From NCBI RefSeq assembly GCF_964355755.1, contig NC_092677.1, positions 21,191,175 through 21,255,174 of the forward strand: 64,000 bases of DNA, given 5' to 3'. The position numbers were made by a program, and so were the translations under genes. Positions 53,670 to 64,000 of the stretch are shown in pieces. Numbering within the stretch: the stretch's first letter is position 1; each line of letters starts with the position of its first letter. This stretch comes from Antedon mediterranea (Eukaryota; Animalia; Echinodermata). Below the pieces are notes generated by a model, which saw only the letters and a program-made list of their open reading frames with translations, did not search any database and was not told the DNA's origin.

Positions 53670-56600
53670 GTATTTAAAAACGTTTTAGACCATTTTGAGC
53701 ATTTCGAAAAAACTTTTCCACACAAAACATCAAAGTTTACAAAATAGCTTCAAATCGCATTTGGAGACGTTTTAGACCATTTTGTGATTTTCGAAAAAAC
53801 TTGTTAACATAAAAACACCAAAGTGCTCAGAATACCTTCAAATCGTGTTTTGAGACGTTTTAGACCATTTTGTAATTTTCGAAAAAACTTGTTAACATAA
53901 AAACACCAAAGTGCTCAGAATACCTTCACATCGCATTTTGAGACGTTTTAGACCATTTTGTGATTTTCGAAAAAACTTGTTAACATAAAAACACCAAAGT
54001 GCTTAGAAAAGCTTGAAATCGCATTTGGAGACGTTTTAGACCATTTTGTGCATTTCGATGAAACTTGGTTAAAGTGCTTAAAATCACATTTTGAGCATTT
54101 CGTTAAAACTTTTCACACAAAAACATCAAAGAGTAAAAAATAGCTTAATATCGTATTTAAAAACGTTTTAGACCATTTTGAGCATTTCGACAAAATTTTT
54201 TCACACAAAACATCAAAGTGTACAGAATAGCTTTAAATCGCATTTGGAGACGTTTTAGACCATTTTGTTCATTTCGATGAAACAAAAACACAAAAACATC
54301 AAATTGCACAAAATGGCTTAATATGATATGGGAAAACGTTTTAGACCATTTTGAACATTTCGTTAAAAGTTTTCACAAAAAAACATCAAAGTCCACAAAA
54401 TAGCTTAATATCGTATTTAAAAACGTTTTAGACCATTTTGAGCATTTCGAAAAAACTTTTTCACACAAAACATCAAAGTTTACAAAATAGCTTCAAATCG
54501 CATTTGGAGACGTTTTAGACCATTTTGTGATTTTCGAAAAAACTTGTTAACATAAAAACACCAAAGTGCTCAGAATACCTTCAAATCGCATTTTGAGACG
54601 TTTTAGACCATTTTGTGATTTTCGAAAAAACTTGTTAACATAAAAACACCAAAGTGCTCAGAATACCTTCAAATCGTGTTTTGAGACGTTTTAGACCATT
54701 TTGTGATTTTGGAAAAACTTGTTAACATAAAAACACCAAAGTGCTCAGAATACCTTCAAATCGCATTTGGAGACGTTTTAGACCATTTTGTGATTTTCGA
54801 AAAAACTTGTTAACATAAAAACACCAAAGTGCTCAGAAAAGCTTCAAATCGCAATTGGAGACGTTTTAAACCATTTTGTTCATTTCGATGAAACTTGGTT
54901 ACACAAAAACATCAAATTGCACAAAATGGCTTAATATGGTATGGGAAAACGTTTTAGACCATTTTGAACATTTCGAGAAAACTTTTTCACACAAAACTTC
55001 AAAGTGTACAGAATAGCTTCAAATCGCATTAGAAACCGTTTTAGACCATTTTGAGCATTTCGAAAAAACTTTTTCACACAAAACATCAAAGTTTACAAAA
55101 TAGCTTCAAATCGCATTTGGAGACGTTTTAGACCATTTTGTGATTTTCGAAAAAACTTGTTAACATAAAAACACCAAAGTGCTCAGAATACCTTCAAATC
55201 GCATTTTGAGACGTTTTAGACCATTTTGTGATTTTCGAAAAAACTTGTTAACATAAAAATACCAAAGTGCTCAGAATACCTTCAAATCGTGTTTTGAGAC
55301 GTTTTAGACCATTTTGTGATTTTCGAAAAAACTTGTTAACATAAAAACACCAAAGTGCTCAGAATACCTTCAAATCGCATTTGGAGACGTTTTAGACCAT
55401 TTTGTGATTTTCGAAAAAACTTGTTAACATAAAAACACCAAAGTGCTCAGAAAAGCTTCAAATCGCATTTGGAGACGTTTTAAACCATTTTGTTCATTTC
55501 GATGAAACTTGGTTACACAAAAATATCAAAGAGCACAAAAGTATTTAAAAACGTTTTAGACCATCTTGAGCATTCCGACAAAACTTTTTCACACAAAACA
55601 TCAAAGTGTACAGAATAGCTTTAAATCGCATTTGGAGACGTTTTAGACCATTTTGTAGTTTTCGAAAAAACTTGTTAACATAAAAACACAAAAGAGCTTC
55701 AAATCGCATTTGGAGACGTTTTAGACCCTTTTGTGCATTTCGATGAAACTTGGTTACACAAAAACATCAAAGTGCTTAAAATCACATTAGAAACCGTTTT
55801 AGACCATTTTGAGCATTTCGTTAAAACTTTTCACACAAAAACATCAAAGTCCACAAAATAGCTTAATATCGTATTCAAAAACGTTTTAGACCATTTTGAG
55901 CATTTCGAAAAAACTTTTTCACACAAAACATCAAAGTTTACAAAATAGCTTCAAATCGCATTTGGAGACGTTTTAGACCATTTTGTGATTTTCGAAAAAA
56001 CTTGTTAACATAAAAACACCAAAGTGCTCAGAATACCTTCAAATCGCATTTTGAGACGTTTTAGACCATTTTGTGATTTTCGAAAAAACAACATAAAAAC
56101 ACCAAAGTGCTCAGAATACCTTCAAATCGCATTTGGAGACGTTTTAGACCATTTTGTGATTTTGGAAAAAACTTGTTAACATAAAAACACCAAAGTGCTC
56201 AGAATACCTTCAAATCGTATTTTGAGACGTTTTAGACAATTTTGTGATTTTCGAAAAAACTTGTTAACATAAAAACACCAAAGTGCTTAGAAAAGCTTCA
56301 AATCGCATTTTGAGACGTTTTAGACCATTTTGTGCATTTCGATGAAACTTGGTTACACAAAAACATCAAAGTGTACAGAATAGCTTCAAATCGCATTAGA
56401 AACCGTTTTAGACCATTTTGAGCATTTCGAAAAAACTTTTTCACACAAAACATCAAAGTGTACAAAATAGCTTCAAATCGCATTTGGAGACGTTTTAGAC
56501 AATTTTGTGATTTTCGAAAAAACTTGTTTACATAAAAACACCAAAGTGCTAAGAATAGCTTCCAATCGCATTTGGAGACGTTTTAGACCCTTTTGTGCAT

Positions 56601-58899
56601 TTCGATGAAACTTGGTTACACAAAAACATCAAAGTGCTTAAAATCACATTAGAAACCGTTTTAGACCATTTTGAGCATTTCGTTAAAATTTTTCACAGAA
56701 AAACATCAAAGAGCAAAAAATAGCTTAATATCGTATTTAAAAACGTTTTAGACCATTTTGAGCATTTCGACAAAACTTTTTCACACAAAACATCAAAGTG
56801 TACAGAATAGCTTAATATCGCATTTGGAGACGTTTTAACCCATTTTGAGCATTTCGATAAAATTTTACACACAAAAACATCAAAGTGCACAAAATAGCTT
56901 AATATGGTATTTAAAAACGTTTTAGAACATTTTGAGCATTTCAACAAAACTTTTTCTCACAAAACATCAAAGTGTACAGAATAGCTTCAAATCGCATTTG
57001 GAGACGTTTTAGACCATTTTGTGCATTTCGATGAAACTTGGTTACACAAAAACATCAAAGTGCTTAAAATCACATTTTGAGCATTTCGTTAAAACTTTTC
57101 ACACAAAAACATCAAAGAGTAAAAAATAGCTTAATATCGTATTTAAAAAAGTTTTAGACCATTTTGAGCATTTCGACAAAATTTGTTCACACAAAACATC
57201 AAAGTGTACAGAATAGCTTTAAATCGCATTTGGAGACGTTTTAGACCATTTTGTTAATTTCGATGAAACAAAAACACAAAAACATCAAATTGCACAAAAT
57301 GGCTTAATATGATATGGGAAAACGTTTTAGACCATTTTGAACATTTCGTTAAAAGTTTTCACACAAAAACATCAAAGTCCACAAAATAGCTTAATATCGT
57401 ATTTAAAAACGTTTTAGACCATTTTGAGCATTTCGAAAAAACTTTTTCACACAAAACATCAAAGTTTACAAAATAGCTTCAAATCGCATTTGGAGACGTT
57501 TTAGACCATTTTGTGATTTTCGAAAAAACTTGTTAACATAAAAACACCAAAGTGCTCAGAATACCTTCAAATCGCATTTTGAGATGTTTTAGACCATTTT
57601 GTGATTTTCGAAAAAACTTGTTAACATAAAAACACCAAAGTGCTCAGAATAACTTCAAATCGTGTTTTGAGACGTTTTAGACCATTTTGTGATTTTCGAA
57701 AAAACTTGTTAACATAAAAACACCAAAGTGCTCAGAATACCTTCAAATCGCATTTTGAGACGTTTTAGACCATTTTGTGATTTTCGAAAAAACTTGTTAA
57801 CATAAAAACACCAAAGTGCTCAGAATACCTTCAAATCGTGTTTTTAGACGTTTTAGACCATTTTGTGATTTTCGAAAAAACTTGTTAACATAAAAACACC
57901 AAAGTGCTTAGAAAAGCTTCAAATCGCATTTGGAGACGTTTTAGACCATTTTGTTCATTTCGATGAAACTTGGTTACACAAAAACATCAAAGAGCACAAA
58001 AGATCTTAATATCGTATTTAAAAACGTTTTAGACCATTTTGAGCATTTCGAAAAAACTTTTTCACACAAAACATCAAAGTGTACAAAATAGCTTCAAATC
58101 GCATTTTGAGACGTTTTAGACAATTTTGTGATTTTCGAAAAAACTTGTTTACATAAAAACACCAAAGTGCTTAGAAAAGCTTCAAATCGCATTTGGAGAC
58201 GTTTTAAACCATTTTGTTCATTTCGATGAAACTTGGTTACACAAAAACATCAAAGAGCACAAAAGTATTTAAAAACGTTTTAGACCATTTTGAGCATTCC
58301 GTCAAAACTTTTTCACAAAAAACATCAAAGTGTACAGAATATCTTTAAATCGCATTTGGAGACGTTTTAGACCATTTTGTAGTTTTCGAAAAAACTTTTT
58401 AACATAAAAACACAAAAGAGCTTCAAATCGCATTTGGAGACGTTTTAGACCCTTTTGTGCATTTCGATGAAACTTGGTTACACAAAAACATCAAAGTGCT
58501 TAAAATCACATTAGAAACCGTTTTAGACCATTTTGAGCATTTCGTTAAAACTTTTCACACAAAAACATCAAAGTCCACAAAATAGCTTAATATCGTATTT
58601 AAAAACGTTTTAGACCATTTTGAGCATTTCGAAAAAACTTTTTCACACAAAACATCAAAGTTTACAAAATAGCTTCAAATCGCATTTGGAGACGTTTTAG
58701 ACCATTTTGTGATTTTCGAAAAAACTTTTTAACATAACAACACCAAAGTGCTCAGAAAAGCTTCAAATCGCATTTGGAGACGTTTTAAACCATTTTGTTC
58801 ATTTCGATGAAACTTGGTTACACAAAAACATCAAAGTGCTTAAAATCACATTTTGAACATTTCGTTAAAAGTTTTCACACAAAAACATCAAAGAGTAAA

Positions 58900-61545
58900 A
58901 AATAGCTTAATATCGTATTTAAAAACGTTTTAGACCATTTTGAGCATTTCGAAAAAACTTTTCCACACAAAACATCAAAGTTTACAAAATAGCTTCAAAT
59001 CGCATTTGGAGACGTTTTAGACCATTTTGTGATTTTCGAAAAAACTTGTTAACATAAAAACACAAAAGTGCTCAGAATACCTTCAAATCGCATTTGGAGA
59101 CGTTTTAGACCATTTTGTGATTTTCGAAAAAAACTTGTTTACATAAAAACACCAAAGTGCTTAGAAAAGCTTCAAATCGCATTTGGAGACGTTTTAAACC
59201 ATTTTGTTCATTTCGATGAAACTTGGTTACACAAAAACATCAAAGAGCACAAAAGTATTTAAAAACGTTTTAGACCATTTTGTGCATTCCGACAAAACTT
59301 TTTCACACAAAACATCAAAGTGTACAGAATAGCTTTAAATCGCATTTGGAGACGTTTTAGACCATTTTGTAGTTTTCGAAAAAACTTGTTAACATAAAAA
59401 CACCAAAGAGCTTCAAATCGCATTTGGAGACGTTTTAGACCCTTTTGTGCATTTCGATGAAACTTGGTTACACAAAAACATCAAAGTGCTTAAAATCACA
59501 TTAGAAACCGTTTTAGACCATTTTGAGCATTTCGTTAAAACTTTTCACACAAAAACATCAAAGTCCACAAAATAGCTTAATATCGTATTTAAAAACGTTT
59601 TAGACCATTTTGAGCATTTCGAAAAAACTTTTTCACACAAAACATCAAAGTTTACAAAATAGCTTCAAATCGCATTTGGAGACGTTTTAGACCATTTTGT
59701 GATTTTCGAAAAAACTTGTTAACATAAAAACACCAAAGTGCTCAGAATACCTTCAAATCGCATTTTGAGACGTTTTAGACCATTTTGTGATTTTCGAAAA
59801 AACTTGTTAACATAAAAATACCAAAGTGCTCAGAATACCTTCAAATCGTGTTTTGAGACGTTTTAGACCATTTTGTGATTTTCGAAAAAACTTGTTAACA
59901 TAAAAACACCAAAGTGCTCAAAATACCTTCAAATCGCATTTGGAGACGTTTTAGACCATTTTGTGATTTTCGAAAAAACTTGTTAACATAAAAACACCAA
60001 AGTGCTCAGAAAAGCTTCAAATCGCATTTGGAGACGTTTTAAACCATTTTGTTCATTTCGATGAAACTTGGTTACACAAAAACATCAAAGAGCACAAAAG
60101 TATTTAAAAACGTTTTAGACCATTTTGAGCATTCCGACAAAACTTTTTCACACAAAACATCAAAGTGTACAGAATAGCTTTAAATCGCATTTGGAGACGT
60201 TTTAGACCATTTTGTAGTTTTCGAAAAAACTTGTTAACATAAAAACACAAAAGAGCTTCAAATCGCATTTGGAGACGTTTTAGACCCTTTTGTGCATTTC
60301 GATGAAACTTGGTTACACAAAAACATCAAAGTGCTTAAAATCACATTAGAAACCGTTTTAGACCATTTTGAGCATTTCGTTAAAACTTTTCACACAAAAA
60401 CATCAAAGTCCACAAAATAGCTTAATATCGTATTCAAAAACGTTTTAGACCATTTTGAGCATTTCGAAAAAACTTTTTCACACAAAACATCAAAGTTTAC
60501 AAAATAGCTTCAAATCGCATTTGGAGACGTTTTAGACCATTTTGTGAATTTCGAAAAAACTTGTTAACATAAAAACACCAAAGTGCTCAGAATACCTTCA
60601 AATCGCATTTGGAGACGTTTTAGACCATTTTGTGATTTTCGAAAAAACTTGTTAACATAAAAACACCAAAGTGCTTAGAAAAGCTTCAAATCGCATTTGG
60701 AGACGTTTTAGACCATTTTTTGCATTTCGATGAAACTTGGTTACACAAAAACATCAAAGTGCTTAAAATCACATTTTGAGCATTTCGTTAAAACTTTTCA
60801 CACAAAAACATCAAAGTCCACAAAATAGCTTAATATCGTATTTAAAAACGTTTTAGACCATTTTGAGCATTTCGAAAAAACTTTTCCACACAAAACATCA
60901 AAGTTTACAAAATAGCTTCAAATCGCATTTGGAGACGTTTTAGACCATTTTGTGATTTTCGAAAAAACTTGTTAACATAAAAACACAAAAGTGCTCAGAA
61001 TACCTTCAAATCGCATTTGGAGACGTTTTAGACCATTTTGTGATTTTCGAAAAAACTTGTTTACATAAAAACACCAAAGTGCTTAGAAAAGCTTCAAATC
61101 GCATTTGGAGACGTTTTAAACCATTTTGTTCATTTCGATGAAACTTGGTTACACAAAAACATCAAAGAGCACAAAAGTATTTAAAAACGTTTTAGACCAT
61201 TTTGTGCATTCCGACAAAACTTTTTAACACAAAACATCAAAGTGTACAGAATAGCTTTAAATCGCATTTGGAGACGTTTTAGACCATTTTGTAGTTTTCG
61301 AAAAAACTTGTTAACATAAAAACACCAAAGAGCTTCAAATCGCATTTGGAGACGTTTTAGACCCTTTTGTGCATTTCGATGAAACTTGGTTACACAAAAA
61401 CATTAAAGTGCTTAAAATCACATTAGAAACCGTTTTAGACCATTTTGAGCATTTCGTTAAAACTTTTCACACAAAAACATCAAAGTCCACAAAATAGCTT
61501 AATATCGTATTTAAAAACGTTTTAGACCATTTTGAGCATTTCGAA
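58900..61545 (+). repeat. Dispersed duplication of ~0.7 kb (offset ~1922)
   Basis: CACAAAAGTG ~59061/~60984, TGTGCATTCC 59281/61203, CACCAAAGAG 59401/61323. Confidence 0.8.
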
Positions 61546-64000
61546 AAATTTTTTCACACAAAACATCAAAGTTTACAAAATAGCTTCAAATCGCATTTGG
61601 AGACGTTTTAGACCATTTTGTGATTTTCGAAAAAACTTGTTAACATAAAAACACCAAAGTACTCAGAATACCTTCAAATGGCATTTTGAGACGTTTTAGA
61701 CCATTTTGTGATTTTCGAAAAAACAACATAAAAACACCAAAGTGCTCAGAATACCTTCAAATCGCATTTGGAGACGTTTTAGACCATTTTGTGATTTTCG
61801 AAAAAACTTGTTAACATAAAAACACCAAAGTGCTCAGAATACCTTCAAATCGTATTTTGAGACGTTTTAGACAATTTTGTGATTTTCGAAAAAACTTGTT
61901 AACATAAAAACACCAAAGTGCTTAGAAAAGCTTCAAATCGCATTTGGAGACGTTTTAGACCATTTTGTGCATTTCGATGAAACTTGGTTACACAAAAACA
62001 TCAAAGTGTACAGAATAGCTTCAAATCGCATTAGAAACCGTTTTAGACCATTTTAAGCATTTCGAAAAAACTTTTTCACACAAAACATCAAAGTGTACAA
62101 AATAGCTTCAAATCGCATTTGGAGACGTTTTAGACAATTTTGTGATTTTCGAAAAAACTTGTTTACATAAAAACACCAAAGTGCTTAGAAAAGCTTCAAA
62201 TCGCATTTGGAGACGTTTTAAACCATTTTGTTCATTTCGATGAAACTTGGTTACACAAAAACATCAAAGAGCACAAAAGTATTTAAAAACGTTTTAGACC
62301 ATTTTGAGCATTCCGACAAAACTTTTTCACACAAAACATCAAAGTGTACAGAATAGCTTTAAATCGCATTTGGAGACGTTTTAGACCATTTTGTAATTTT
62401 GGAAAAAACTTGTTAACATAAAAACACAAAAGAGCTTCAAATCGCATTTGGAGACGTTTTAGACCCTTTTGTGCATTTCGATGAAACTTGGTTACACAAA
62501 AACATCAAAGTGCTTAAAATCACATTAGAAATCGTTTTAGACCATTTTGAGCATTTCGTTAAAACTTTTCACACAAAAACATCAAAGTCCACAAAATAGC
62601 TTAATATCGTATTTAAAAACGTTTTAGACCATTTTGAGCATTTCGAAAAAACTTTTCCACACAAAACATCAAAGTTTACAAAATAGCTTCAAATCGCATT
62701 TGGAGACGTTTTAGACCATTTTGTGATTTTCGAAAAAACTTGTTAACATAAAAACACCAAAGTGCTCAGAATACCTTCAAATCGTATTTTGAGACGTTTT
62801 AGACAATTTTGCGATTTTCGAAAAAACTTGTTAACATAAAAACACCAAAGTGCTTAGAAAAGCTTCAAATCGCATTTGGAGACGTTTTAGACCATTTTGG
62901 GCATTTCGATGAAACTTGGTTACACAAAAACATCAAAGTGCTTAAAATCACATTTTGAGCATTTCGTTAAAACTTTTCACACAAAAACATCAAAGAGCAA
63001 AAAATAGCTTAATATCGTATTTAAAAACGTTTTAGACCATTTTGAGCATTTCGACAAAACTTTTTCACACAAAACATCAAAGTGTACAAAATAGCTTCAA
63101 ATCGCATTTGGAGACGTTTTAGACAATTTTGTGATTTTCGAAAAAACTTGTTTACATAAAAACACCAAAGTGCTAAGAATAGCTTCCAATCGCATTTGGA
63201 GACGTTTTAGACCCTTTTGTGCATTTCGATGAAACTTGGTTACACAAAAACATCAAAGTGCTTAAAATCACATTAGAAACCGTTTTAGAACATTTTGAGC
63301 ATTTCGTTAAAATTTTTCACAGAAAAACATCAAAGAGCAAAAAATAGCTTAATATCGTATTTAAAAACGTTTTAGACCATTTTGAGCATTTCGACAAAAC
63401 TTTTTCAAACAAAACATCAAAGTGTACAGAATAGCTTCAAATCGCATTTGGAGACGTTTTAACCCATTTTGAGCATTTCGATAAAATTTTACACACAAAA
63501 ACATCAAAGTGCACAAAATAGCTTAATATGGTATTTAAAAACGTTTTAGACCATTTTGAGCATTTCAACAAAACTTTTTCTCACAAAACATCAAAGTGTA
63601 CAGAATAGCTTCAAATCGCATTTGGAGACGTTTTAGACAATTTTGTGCATTTCGATGAAACTTGGTTACACAAAAACATCAAAGTGCTTAAAATCACATT
63701 TTGAGCATTTCGTTAAAACTTTTCACACAAAAACATCAAAGTCCACAAAATAGCTTAATATCGTATTTAAAAACGTTTTAGACCATTTTGAGCATTTCGA
63801 AAAAACTTTTCCACACAAAACATCAAAGTTTACAAAATAGCTTCAAATCGCATTTGGAGACGTTTTAGACCATTTTGTGATTTTCGAAAAAACTTGTTAA
63901 CATAAAAACACCAAAGTGCTCAGATTACCTTCAAATCGTGTTTTGAGACGTTTTAGACCATTTTGTAATTTTCGAATAAACTTGTTAACATAAAAACACC

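Larger units (their letters stand above)
1..64000 (+). repeat. Tandem satellite DNA array, 87-88 bp basic monomer, roughly 750 monomers, all head-to-tail; runs off both window ends
   Basis: GTTTTAGACCATTTTG recurs every 87-88 bp (e.g. 56, 143, 230; 1561, 1649, 1737) across the window. No unique sequence, inversion or insertion seen. Monomer count is estimated from length. Confidence 0.99.

Noticed and set aside
11328-56483. Repeated minus-strand 61-83 aa ORFs (MRFEAILYTLMF...)
   Set aside because: They are translations of consecutive 87 bp monomers (87 is divisible by 3, giving a 29 aa repeat). They are short, have no recognisable domain, and recur only because the DNA repeats.
12047-59262. 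Plus-strand 64-71 aa ORFs and the 84 aa minus-strand ORF at 56693
   Set aside because: Chance stop-codon loss in satellite variants, mostly with GTG/TTG starts, and no gene context.
1-64000. CRISPR array: the GTTTTAGA...AAAAC ends resemble type II-A repeats
   Set aside because: There are no unique spacers, the intervening sequence is itself homologous in every unit, and there are no cas genes or leader.
1-64000. A single fixed HOR period, or assignment to a named satellite family or species
   Set aside because: Observed offsets (417, 640, 918, 1922, 2359, 2855, 3554, 5699) share no common period. I do not recognise the consensus, so a Dfam/Repbase/nt search is needed.

Overview
The whole 64 kb window is one uninterrupted, single-orientation, AT-rich (~30% GC, from two hand-counted monomers) satellite DNA array with no credible gene, RNA gene or transposon. 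The basic monomer is 87-88 bp and starts GTTTTAGACCATTTTG. It occurs as about a dozen recurrent variants, including deletion derivatives of 78, 76 and 69 bp and fused 145 and 132 bp units, in a constrained but non-fixed order. There is no single higher-order repeat. Instead there is a patchwork of duplications (tandem 417, 640, 3554 and 5699 bp, plus dispersed kb-scale copies). The most notable hidden structure: (1) each monomer is a degenerate inverted repeat (two ~27 bp arms, dyad axes about every 44 bp); (2) diagnostic variants fall into an inner zone (~19-51 kb) flanked by two mutually related outer zones; (3) nested deletion series can be ordered. The sequence looks like eukaryotic centromeric/heterochromatic satellite, but I cannot name the organism or family, and function is inference. 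All listed ORFs are by-products of the repeat. Coordinates and marker counts come from manual reading, so breakpoints are approximate.
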